A stretch of DNA of 11,497 nucleotides from Candidatus Heimdallarchaeota archaeon (GCA_019057635.1 DXJL01000029.1:1-11497); one strand, 5' to 3'; positions 1 through 8,017 are shown, counted from the stretch's first letter. Numbers and translations are program-made. Notes: generated by a model from the letters alone, not told the origin.

Positions 1-2
1 CA

Positions 3-1952
3 AATGGACTAGCAGCATTTTTTAGTTGGGTTGACCCTCAAACATGGTATCCAGAAGGTCGTTATTGGGGACAATCACAATATATAGGAACACCCCTTTC
101 AGCAGTAATCTTACACCAGCTATTTCTGTTGCTTGGAATTCCAGCTTCATTAGAATTTACAGCATATTTGCAGCCTCCAATATTTGGAGCACTTACCTGT
201 GTGGCAATATACTTCCTAGGAAAAGAAATTGCTAACAAGAAAGTTGGCTTATTAGCAGCTTTATTTCTCTCAATCTCTGCAGGCCATCTACAACGTACTA
301 TTGCAGGCTTTTTTGATAATGAAGCTTTTGGTATTTTACTCTTAGTCTTAATCTTATACTTTTATGCCCGAGCTTTAAGAACAGGATCTGCATCCATGAC
401 TGTGTTTGCAGGTATTAGTTTAGGAATATTATCCGGCTCTTGGGGAGCCTCCACATATATATTCAGTCTATTAGCCCTGCATGCATTTATTTTAATATTA
501 ATGAGAAAAGATTCAGATCGACTATTGCTAGCGTACGGCGGCTCAATTATGATTGGCTCTTTCATCATGACCCTTATACCCAGAAACGGACCTGGATCGA
601 TTTTATCGACTGATGGATTGGTTCCACTAGGAGTTGTCGTTTTACTAATCTTAGTCACACTCTATAGAAATATATTAGCAATATATGATCTTACTGATGT
701 TAAAGCACGAATAAGACCGTATTTTCCAATCATTGGATTGGGAATTGTTATAGGTATAGTGGTACTTCTCCTTTCAGGAGTTGTGACCAATATTTCATCA
801 AAATTTATTACAGTCCTCTTCCCCTTCTTTAGAGATGAAACACCAATTCTTAAATCAGTTAGTGAACATCAATTGGTTTCTTGGGCAGGTTTCTTCCGAA
901 ATAATGGTATCCTATTATTCTTGCTACCATTAGCTATGTATTACTTGTATGAGAAACCAACGGAGAGAAATTTGTTACTATTAATCTTTGGATTTACTGC
1001 AATATATTTCGCTGGCTCTATGGTACGATTGGCACTGATTTTGGCACCCGCAGCTGCATTACTAGCCGCAAAGGCCATTGATCAAACTCTATTACCTTTT
1101 GTGTTAACATTCCAAGAGCGTTTTGCGTTAAGTCGAAGGAAAACACGACTCGTCCAACCCATGTCTAATGAACACACAGCGATCGCGTTTTCATTCATTG
1201 GTCTCTTCTTATTATTTTCGGTCCTTAACGCGACACAAGCAGCAATTAATTCGACTCAAGCTCCTTCCATACTTACAATTGTTCCTGGTAGTGGAGGTCA
1301 ATCGTTAATCATCGGTAATGATTGGCAAGAAGCCATTGGATGGTTAGATTACCATACAACAGTAAATGATGTCACCGCTTCATGGTGGGACTATGGTTAT
1401 TGGATAAGTGGAAATTCAAATGCCACAATCTTGGTGGACAATGCTACAATCAACAGCACCAAAATAGGAAATGTTGGGTGCATGTTGGTTCTCAACCCGC
1501 GGCAATCATTGAAGATAGCTAAAATATACGATGTGACATATATTGCCCTTCTTGTATCAGATGGATATGGAACTTACGGATTGGATTCTGATCTTGGAAA
1601 AGTTCCATGGTTCGTCCGTATCGGAGAACAAAGTGGGAATATCTTCCAGATCGATCAAGATGACTATTTAGAATTTGATTCACGAGGCCAATATATCACT
1701 GGATATGTCGATAAGTTCTATGATTCTGTCTTTTGGGCTCTCTTCACAGCTGGAGTTTCAGAGGAAGCTTATAGTAGTCGAATTACTCAATATAGTCCAA
1801 TTATAGACAACGCTCCTGCAGCTCGAGGTTTTTCACCTGAATATGCAGAGTATGCAAACTATTACGAACTTGCATACAAAACAGCTCACGATTGGATCTA
1901 TATCTATAAGATTTTGTGGGATGTCATACCCCCAGGTGCTATAGCACCCTAG
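3..1952 (+). CDS. aglB: Oligosaccharyltransferase AglB/STT3 (5'-partial; starts upstream of the window)
   Basis: WWDYG motif, GFFDNE, SVSEHQ, MVRL, DNATIN..IG and DLGK(VPW) DK motif; many TM segments. The frame is open from base 3 (NGLAAFFSWVDPQTWYPEGR, the STT3 'W.D..TWYP.GR' motif), so the ORF-track start at 129 is not the true start. Confidence 0.96.
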   Translation, partial: NGLAAFFSWVDPQTWYPEGRYWGQSQYIGTPLSAVILHQLFLLLGIPASLEFTAYLQPPIFGALTCVAIYFLGKEIANKKVGLLAALFLSISAGHLQRTIAGFFDNEAFGILLLVLILYFYARALRTGSASMTVFAGISLGILSGSWGASTYIFSLLALHAFILILMRKDSDRLLLAYGGSIMIGSFIMTLIPRNGPGSILSTDGLVPLGVVVLLILVTLYRNILAIYDLTDVKARIRPYFPIIGLGIVIGIVVLLLSGVVTNISSKFITVLFPFFRDETPILKSVSEHQLVSWAGFFRNNGILLFLLPLAMYYLYEKPTERNLLLLIFGFTAIYFAGSMVRLALILAPAAALLAAKAIDQTLLPFVLTFQERFALSRRKTRLVQPMSNEHTAIAFSFIGLFLLFSVLNATQAAINSTQAPSILTIVPGSGGQSLIIGNDWQEAIGWLDYHTTVNDVTASWWDYGYWISGNSNATILVDNATINSTKIGNVGCMLVLNPRQSLKIAKIYDVTYIALLVSDGYGTYGLDSDLGKVPWFVRIGEQSGNIFQIDQDDYLEFDSRGQYITGYVDKFYDSVFWALFTAGVSEEAYSSRITQYSPIIDNAPAARGFSPEYAEYANYYELAYKTAHDWIYIYKILWDVIPPGAIAP

Positions 1953-1969
1953 AATGCGTAAATACTCAT

Positions 1970-2000
1970 GGAGAACCACGTGTTCTCCCATAGCTCTTTT
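1970..2000 (+). terminator. Hairpin plus pyrimidine tract after aglB
   Basis: GGAGAAC (1970-1976) / GTTCTCC (1982-1988) perfect 7-bp stem with 5-nt loop, followed by CTCTTTTTCC, 17 nt after the stop codon. Confidence 0.5.
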
Positions 2001-2013
2001 TCCTCCTCATATA

Positions 2014-2058
2014 CTCGAACTCCTCAGTAGAAAATAAATTATAAAGTAGGATTTCGAG
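2014..2058 (+). promoter_or_regulatory. Putative DP1 promoter: TATA box bracketed by an inverted repeat
   Basis: TTATAAA at 2039-2045 is preceded by an A-rich BRE-like tract. CTCGAACTCCT (2014-2024) and AGGATTTCGAG (2048-2058) form a 10/11 inverted repeat. Confidence 0.4.
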
Positions 2059-2150
2059 GAACTAACTTCATGATTGTTAGGTTAATTATAGACTACCTAG
2101 TCCCAAGCAATTTTACTTAACAATACTGGATAATAAGGAGCACTAATATC

Positions 2151-3704
2151 TTGGAAAGGGATGAAATAATAAGGATTTTTCTCCAATTCAATTATAATAT
2201 TAGTGCGGAAACTTTAGAATATATAAAAAATCAGAATATTTCAGAGAAGGAACTAAAAGCCTTATTAAAAAGTCAAACTCTGATAGAACCAGTGATTTCA
2301 GTAAACATCTTAAAAGAGGGAATTAGAGGGAAATCAGTAAAGAAATTAGGAATCCCTTCTCCTTCTGAGGTTGAAAACAGAGTTCACATCAGAGAAAAAT
2401 CCCCAATGCAGGAAACAGTGCAAAAGCCTGTAGAAAAACTACAATATTCTATAGATTTAGATATTCCCTATAAGCTATCACAGGAACCTAAAATCACAGT
2501 TTTTCGGAACCTTTTTCTTGACCGATATCAAACACTATCAAGAATATTACTTGAAAATTTAGAACCAGAAACCACAGTCTTGAAGTACAACTTACAACTT
2601 GAGGAAATTCCTCACCAGAGGGCTGGTATCCTCATTGGGATGATTCATGATACGCAAGTTTTACATACAAACCGCTTTGTAATACAACTAGAAGATCATC
2701 TAAGTGGCCATACAACAAAATGCGTCATCGTAAAAGAATGTCCATCATTTCCCGAATATAGAAGGATCCTAAGGGACTCAGTAATAGGAGTGTCTGGAGT
2801 ATTACCAAAAAATTTTCATGAGGGACACCTTACAGCATTTTGGGGAAAAGATATCATTCGACCCTCCTTTAGAGCACATCACTTCGCAATTTCAGAACCC
2901 TCAACCAAAGTATTATGTCTTTCGGATATACACATTGGTTCAAAAAGATTTTCAAACCGATTATTCTCCCGTCTTGTCGCATATCTAAATGAAAAAGTTA
3001 ATATACCAGATTTCCCATTTTCTGCTGCTAATATTTCCTCTATTATCATTGCTGGAGATTTAGTGGAGGGAACAGGGGTTGTAACAAAGGAAGACAGTAA
3101 ACTCAGTATCGACTCCTTTGAAGTACAATATGAACAACTCACCAAGTTACTGAATGAAATTCCAAAGCGTATTACAATATTCACAATTCCTGGAGAACAT
3201 GATGCGTCTCAATTGGCTATCCCCCAACCGGCAATTGACAAGAAGATTGGAAAATCTCTATATTCGCTTCCAAATGTAAAAAACCACGGAAATCCTCTTC
3301 GTCTAACAATCAACGGGATGAAATTCTTGATTTTTCATGCACAAAGTTGTGAAAATAGCTTTCATCGACTATTGAAAATTGAACAGACTTCCCTGATAAA
3401 TGGGTTCAAAGAATTACTGGAATATCGTCATTTATCACCAGAATATGGGTCATTTGCTGCATATGCACCTTATTCAAAAGATTATCTTGTGATTAATGAA
3501 ATACCAGATGTATTAGTGACGGGGCATTTTCATCAAGCTGGAAAGGAGATTTACAAAGGTGTACGTATAGCTACATGCGGAACATTCAAGAACCCTCACA
3601 AAACAACAGAAAAAACATATGCATTAACTTCTGTTGGTGTGTTTCCAGTTATAGATACGGGAACGGGGGAAATAACAATGATAGATCTGAAACAAATTCC
3701 TTAA
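2151..3704 (+). CDS. polB: DNA polymerase D small subunit DP1 (PolD1; calcineurin-like phosphoesterase/exonuclease), divergent
   Basis: N-terminal helical region, F..RY..L motif, OB-fold-like region, then SDIHIGS, AGDLVEG, PGEHDA, LAIPQP, NP, RHLSPEYG, DYLVINEIPD and TGHFH, colinear with DP1 motifs. TTG start with AGGAG at 2136-2140. Adjacent to cdc6. Confidence 0.88.
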   Translation: MERDEIIRIFLQFNYNISAETLEYIKNQNISEKELKALLKSQTLIEPVISVNILKEGIRGKSVKKLGIPSPSEVENRVHIREKSPMQETVQKPVEKLQYSIDLDIPYKLSQEPKITVFRNLFLDRYQTLSRILLENLEPETTVLKYNLQLEEIPHQRAGILIGMIHDTQVLHTNRFVIQLEDHLSGHTTKCVIVKECPSFPEYRRILRDSVIGVSGVLPKNFHEGHLTAFWGKDIIRPSFRAHHFAISEPSTKVLCLSDIHIGSKRFSNRLFSRLVAYLNEKVNIPDFPFSAANISSIIIAGDLVEGTGVVTKEDSKLSIDSFEVQYEQLTKLLNEIPKRITIFTIPGEHDASQLAIPQPAIDKKIGKSLYSLPNVKNHGNPLRLTINGMKFLIFHAQSCENSFHRLLKIEQTSLINGFKELLEYRHLSPEYGSFAAYAPYSKDYLVINEIPDVLVTGHFHQAGKEIYKGVRIATCGTFKNPHKTTEKTYALTSVGVFPVIDTGTGEITMIDLKQIP

Positions 3705-4927
3705 TAACGATTGAAGTCAAATTGTTTGTCTTTCTGTAACGTAGATTCAACTAAGGAACGGGGAATGCTAAAATGAATCTCCTTAGTTCTTCCATGTCTA
3801 CCTCTAGACACCACACGTGCAGATATAATACCGAGAGCATCAAGCTCGTTGATTAAATCTCCAACACGTCGCTGTGTAAGTGAGTCCATACCCGCATCAC
3901 GGCACAATTGGACATATTTCTCGTATACATCACCCGTCGAGACAGCATCGGGATCACTTGTAACATTTTCAAGTTGATAGATAGAGGAAATGACAAATTT
4001 TGACTGAACAGGAAGAGTGCTGATAACTTCAGTGATTGTATTTCGTTCAATCGCTCCTTGGGCCTTCTTAACATGGGATTGAGTAATAACTTCCGAGTGT
4101 CCGCGTTCGGCAATTTCTGCTGCAACCCGAAGTAAATCAATAGCTCTTCGTGCATCACCATGCTCCTGAGCAGCAATGGCAGCGATCAAATTGATGACAC
4201 CTTTATCTAAGGTATTAGGACGAAAAGCTAAATCCGCTCTTTCAACAAGAATATCAGTTATTTCTGGGGCCTCGTATGGTTTAAAAACAAGTTCTTCTTC
4301 TGAAAGAGAGGAAAGAACTCGAGGATCCAAATAATCCTTAAATTTCAGATCGTTAGAAATTCCAATAATGCTAACTTTGGCACTAGAAAGATCTGAATTA
4401 ATACGAGTTAAACTATAGAGCGTTTCATTCCCAGATTTTTTGATTAGACTATCAATTTCGTCCAATACAACAATGAAAAGTGATTCCCGCTGATCAAGAC
4501 CTTGCTTAAATCTAGTAAAAACTTCATCAGTTGCAAGACCAGTGAAAGGGACTTCAATACCTAAGGTACTGCAAAGATCTGCAAAGACACGATAGTTGGT
4601 GTCGACATTATTACAATTTAGATAAGCCACCTCAACTCGTAAACCATGATCGGGTGCTTTTTCCTTTAACATGCTTAAAACATACTTAGAAACAGCAGTC
4701 TTACCAGTACCAGTTTTACCGAAGCACAAGATATTACTAGGTTTAGCTCCTCGTAAAACAGAAGCTAAAATATAGCCCAATTGCTTAATTTGTTCCGTTC
4801 GGTGAGGAAGATTCTTAGGTACAAAGGAACTATCTAAAACATCGCGTCTCTGAAATAGTTTAGGTGATTTAAGATACCCCTCAAAGATTTCATCTAATGT
4901 TAAATCCGAATCATCGTTTTGTTTCAT
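3701..4927 (-). CDS. cdc6: Orc1/Cdc6 replication initiator (AAA+ ATPase plus winged helix)
   Basis: LPHR, Walker A GKTGTGKT, Walker B VVLDEID, sensor-1 IGISN, LDPRVLSSL, sensor-2 GDARRA, C-terminal wing GRHGRT. ATG 4927 is preferred over GTG 4942 because GGTGGGTG (SD-like) lies 8 nt upstream. Confidence 0.97.
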   Translation of the reverse strand: MKQNDDSDLTLDEIFEGYLKSPKLFQRRDVLDSSFVPKNLPHRTEQIKQLGYILASVLRGAKPSNILCFGKTGTGKTAVSKYVLSMLKEKAPDHGLRVEVAYLNCNNVDTNYRVFADLCSTLGIEVPFTGLATDEVFTRFKQGLDQRESLFIVVLDEIDSLIKKSGNETLYSLTRINSDLSSAKVSIIGISNDLKFKDYLDPRVLSSLSEEELVFKPYEAPEITDILVERADLAFRPNTLDKGVINLIAAIAAQEHGDARRAIDLLRVAAEIAERGHSEVITQSHVKKAQGAIERNTITEVISTLPVQSKFVISSIYQLENVTSDPDAVSTGDVYEKYVQLCRDAGMDSLTQRRVGDLINELDALGIISARVVSRGRHGRTKEIHFSIPRSLVESTLQKDKQFDFNRY

Positions 4928-4964
4928 TCGTAATGCACCCACCGAAATCTTAACAAATCTACAC

Positions 4965-5005
4965 TTCCAATAGCATTACCAGTATTTCCTATCGAAGAAT
5001 TTAAA
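4965..5005 (-). promoter_or_regulatory. Putative cdc6 promoter with degenerate mini-ORB-like sites
   Basis: TTTAAA at 5000-5005. TTCGATAGGAAAT (minus strand, 4984-4996) and TTCCAATAGCATT (plus strand, 4965-4977) each match the ORB core TTCCAATGGAAAT at 10/13. Confidence 0.35.
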
Positions 5006-5091
5006 TTGAACGCTAACTCAACGAAAATGAAGGAAGCGTGTATAATGAAAAAACAAGCAAAAAATATCTCTCCAAATCTCAAAACAGGTCT

Positions 5092-5415
5092 TTATTCATC
5101 TGGAAGAGATAGAAGAGAAGCAGTTCTCGACACGGTGACTTGAGATTCCCTCATACGTCTGATAGCCTCCAACTTCTCGAGGAGGGAAGTAATATCAAAA
5201 TGCTGTTTGAATCGGGAATCAATCGAGCTTAACTTCTGCCAGGCAAGTTCAGGACTACGACCTAAATATTTCCAAGAATATTTACCTGCTTGTTTCCCTT
5301 CTAAACGAGCAGAGTGATAAGTGACAAGCCACAAGTAGGGACCGTGATAGACCCCATCATTACATCGACAGCCAGCTTTTCCGCACTTCTGCCATTTAGC
5401 AAGGACAGAGACCAT
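5092..5415 (-). CDS. DUF6788-like small Cys/His (putative Zn-binding) protein
   Basis: CGKAGCRCNDGVYHGPY matches the CGKxxCxCxxGxxHGPY signature as I recall it, followed by WKYLG. TATAAA (minus strand, 5441-5446) about 26 nt upstream suggests a leaderless transcript. Confidence 0.75.
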   Translation of the reverse strand: MVSVLAKWQKCGKAGCRCNDGVYHGPYLWLVTYHSARLEGKQAGKYSWKYLGRSPELAWQKLSSIDSRFKQHFDITSLLEKLEAIRRMRESQVTVSRTASLLSLPDE

Positions 5416-5450
5416 ATTTGGGACAGGATCTTCACAGAAATTTATAGATT

Positions 5451-5463
5451 TCTTACCATATCA
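5451..5463 (+). repeat. Dispersed motif copy 1 (TCTTACCATATCA)
   Basis: Perfect 11-mer core; intergenic. Confidence 0.85.
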
Positions 5464-5477
5464 TTATTCTAAATAAA

Positions 5478-5681
5478 TCACTTAGATTCATCATCGGTGG
5501 TTTTAGGGGATCTAATCGACTCATGAACGACTTTAAAGGTTTCTAGTTCCTGTTGTATTTTCTTATCAAATCGGGAAGCAGATTGAATAGAACGGCCAAG
5601 GATAAATAACACAATCTTGACAATTGCTCTTTTTCCACGTTTCCTTCCTGGAAATATTACTTGATATGGTGAGACACTCAT
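5478..5681 (-). pseudogene. Short hypothetical ORF, probably a truncated gene fragment
   Basis: 67 codons from ATG 5681. The protein-like amphipathic segment KRAIVKIVLFILGRSIQSASRFDKKIQQEL is followed by a low-information tail. Lies directly downstream of another broken gene. Confidence 0.4.
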
Positions 5682-5716
5682 AATGCAAACCAAATCTTAA
5701 AAATTCTAATTTCTGC

Positions 5717-6141
5717 TTAAAACGAAGATTTAATCCACAATTCTCTCCTAGTAAGACTATTATTGAAAATAATTGGAAGGAAAATGAACAAACCAGTAAC
5801 CGTATCAGTACAGGCAATTAGGATATAAGCGAATTCAACTCCTTCAGTAATCCAAAAAAGAATGATGATTAATGCAAAAGCAAATCGTACTACACTAGAC
5901 CCGAAACCAATGAATAAATAATTGGTAACATTATGAAAGCATGCGTACAATAAGAAATAACCAACAAGAAGTAGAAATAAACCACTTATGTATACGAATA
6001 TCATATTATCAGGTTTAGTCACCCCAAAATAGATATCAATAAATCTGAAAGAAAGATTACTCTAAATCCAAGGATTAAATCATAAATTCCCCAAATAAAA
6101 AAACCTAGCTTTATGAATTTTACATCAGTGTACTGAGACAT
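5717..6141 (-). pseudogene. Small 4-TM membrane protein gene with a frameshift
   Basis: SD GAGGAG precedes ATG 6141. The frame reads MSQYTDVKFIKLGFFIWGIYDLILGFRVIFLSDLLISILG* (stop 6019-6021). One extra G in the G4 run (6022-6025) fuses it to the 5717-6022 hydrophobic ORF, giving 141 aa. Confidence 0.7.
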
Positions 6142-6233
6142 AAATTTACACTCCTCAAAAGAAAGAAAGCATCTCTTTTAAATTTTATTAAGAGAGGGAG
6201 ATGAGAGGTGATTATGACTTGAAAACGTTACTC

Positions 6234-6533
6234 CTAATTCAAAGCTCTATAAAAGACTTTAGGTCGACCCCTATGACGACGATCCTCAGAATAACTAGCC
6301 ACATATCCCTTAAGAATTAAACGAAGGAGACTGTCATAGAGAGTGGATCGAGCAATTCCTGTTAAAGACACAAGCTTCCCTCTAGTAAGAGGCCCTTGCT
6401 GTTCGAGGATGCCTAAAACCTGGAGATCTAATTCATGAACAATAGAAGGTTTAACCTGCGATAAATTATGCCTATGGTCAGAGGATCCAATTTTAGGTTT
6501 TCCGATTACATGAAGAAGTTGATTATTGGACAT
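6234..6533 (-). CDS. TrmB-like stand-alone winged-helix DNA-binding protein (paralog A)
   Basis: GPLTRGKLVSLTGIARSTLYDSLLRL..KGYV HTH and RGRPKVFY wing. ATG 6533 has a GGTGA SD 5 nt upstream (ORF track uses GTG 6542). Confidence 0.88.
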   Translation of the reverse strand: MSNNQLLHVIGKPKIGSSDHRHNLSQVKPSIVHELDLQVLGILEQQGPLTRGKLVSLTGIARSTLYDSLLRLILKGYVASYSEDRRHRGRPKVFYRALN

Positions 6534-6720
6534 GTGAATCACCGTTTATTACACGAGAGAAAGGAATCCACTGAATATAAAACACCACAATATGTAGACA
6601 TTACGTTGGGAAAAAAGATTCAGCAGTACAGAAACACACGAAAGATAAAAAAATTCGAAAAGAAGAATCACGAAAAAACAGAAATTGTATTTCTCACTGA
6701 ATAAAGAGAAGAAAGGAAAA

Positions 6721-7203
6721 TTACATCAGAATTTTCGGCAATTGATTAACTTTTTTACCATTAATACGATATTCTAAAGGATTGACACCTTCTTGACGTT
6801 CTACAAAACCTGATTCGACAAGACGATTCAAATTTGTTTGGATCGTTGAAATACCAATCTCTTCTTTCAAATAATGGGTATAGAGCTCCTGGATTTCACG
6901 AGCAGTAAGGAAATTTGGATTTGCACGGTTGGAGACAATAGATAGAATGCGCTCTTTCTTGGTGTCAAGATCAGATAACGAAACTACCTTGTGTAAGGAA
7001 GAGGAGTCAAAAACGGTTTCTTCAGAAGTTTCGTTTTGCATAAGCAAGGATTCGATAAGATCATCAATTTGCCTCTGTTGACCTCTAGATAATTCTAAAT
7101 ATCCTTCTACTAAAGTATGAAGCGGTCCAAGACGTATTTTCCGATCAAACGCAATAGTAATCTTATCATTATTCGCGGTAATTTTAGAACCAGTTTCACG
7201 CAT
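6721..7203 (-). CDS. Two-domain protein with C-terminal winged helix
   Basis: C-terminal KERILSIV...LTAREIQELY...EEIGISTIQTNLNRLVESGFVERQ....EYRI is a wHTH pattern. Small N-terminal beta/alpha region and acidic linker. Confidence 0.8.
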   Translation of the reverse strand: MRETGSKITANNDKITIAFDRKIRLGPLHTLVEGYLELSRGQQRQIDDLIESLLMQNETSEETVFDSSSLHKVVSLSDLDTKKERILSIVSNRANPNFLTAREIQELYTHYLKEEIGISTIQTNLNRLVESGFVERQEGVNPLEYRINGKKVNQLPKILM

Positions 7204-7270
7204 AATTTCTACACGTCACTTGAAAGATTGTTAAGTAATTCAGAGTAGATAAATTCATTCATCCTTATCT

Positions 7271-7860
7271 TTCACAATTAATACGAGGAGATTCACCCTA
7301 ATAAAGATTAATCAATACCCCAATATTACAAAAAACGATTGCTACCGACAAAATCAAGATAAAACGTTCACATGTAAAACCCCTTTCACTTGTGAACAAG
7401 ATTTCACATAAATTAGAGTGAATAGATAGAAAACGATGAAATGGCAAGATAAAGGTATCTTATGCCCTTAGTAAGAAAAAACAGACAAAAAAAGACTTTA
7501 ATTAGAAAATCGTAACACACTTCCTAAATTCAACTTAACAGTTGGTCATTCCGATGTGAAGGAAGAAAATTAACTTCGCAAGGAAATTCTACCAAGTTCC
7601 AATGGAAATAAGGGGGATGGTGTTAATCAATGTGAATAAGGATAAAAACAAAATTTATTTATAGAAAATGATTTATTAAGCTAAAAATTAAAATAAACTT
7701 ATGTGATTAACTAAAAATGAATTGATATGTTAATAGAACTTATTTTACTTTAACAAAAACATTTTTAACCTAGATTTCCAGTGAAACAAAAAAGTGAAAA
7801 AAGGCATAAATTTGTGAAACAAAAAATCTTAGTGAAAAAATTATTCCTAATATATGTGAA
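7271..7860. repeat. Array of 14 GTGAA/TTCAC pentamers
   Basis: TTCAC at 7271, 7292, 7367, 7385, 7403; GTGAA at 7392, 7418, 7556, 7632, 7781, 7794, 7814, 7832, 7856. GTGAAACAAAAAA is exactly repeated at 7781 and 7814. Confidence 0.7.
7596..7787. other. Candidate replication origin (oriC): ORB - DUE - inverted ORB
   Basis: GTTCCAATGGAAATAAGGGGG (7596-7616) is a canonical-looking ORB with G-string. Inverted GTTTCACTGGAAATCTAGG ends at 7787 (12/14 core match). The intervening 7621-7770 has 25 G+C in 150 bp. An extra mini-ORB TTCGCAAGGAAAT lies at 7575-7587, and cdc6 is 2.7 kb away. Confidence 0.75.
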
Positions 7861-8017
7861 ACGAACTTCCCCAAGAGTCTCGTACCGTCAAAACCGTCCA
7901 AAGGATGAAATTCTTTATGTCTCCACTAGGATGTTCAAGAATACAAAAGATCATATTGACCTTATACTGAAAATCTTAAAAAACATGACCGCCTAAATTA
8001 CTCAATTCAGTTTCATA

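Noticed and set aside
44-658. ORFs 44-235 (+) and 362-658 (-)
   Set aside because: Shadow ORFs overlapping the well-supported aglB frame.
1935-1948. Perfect 14-bp palindrome GGTGCTATAGCACC
   Set aside because: Within the last aglB codons and single copy; cannot be distinguished from chance, though it may assist termination.
2879-4176. ORFs 2879-3184 (-) and 3853-4176 (-)
   Set aside because: Antisense or alternate-frame ORFs inside DP1 and cdc6 with no protein-like motifs.
4699-4706. TCTTACCA partial motif match
   Set aside because: Only 8 nt, and explained by the Walker A codons (GKT) of cdc6.
5566-5817. 83-aa minus-strand ORF
   Set aside because: Overlaps two better-supported ORFs; no motif.
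6468-6704. 78-aa plus-strand ORF
   Set aside because: Overlaps paralog A antisense; its K/N richness reflects A-rich intergenic DNA.
7781-7996. 71-aa ORF with VKQK/VKK repeats
   Set aside because: The peptide repeats are a by-product of the GTGAAA DNA repeats, and it starts inside the right ORB.
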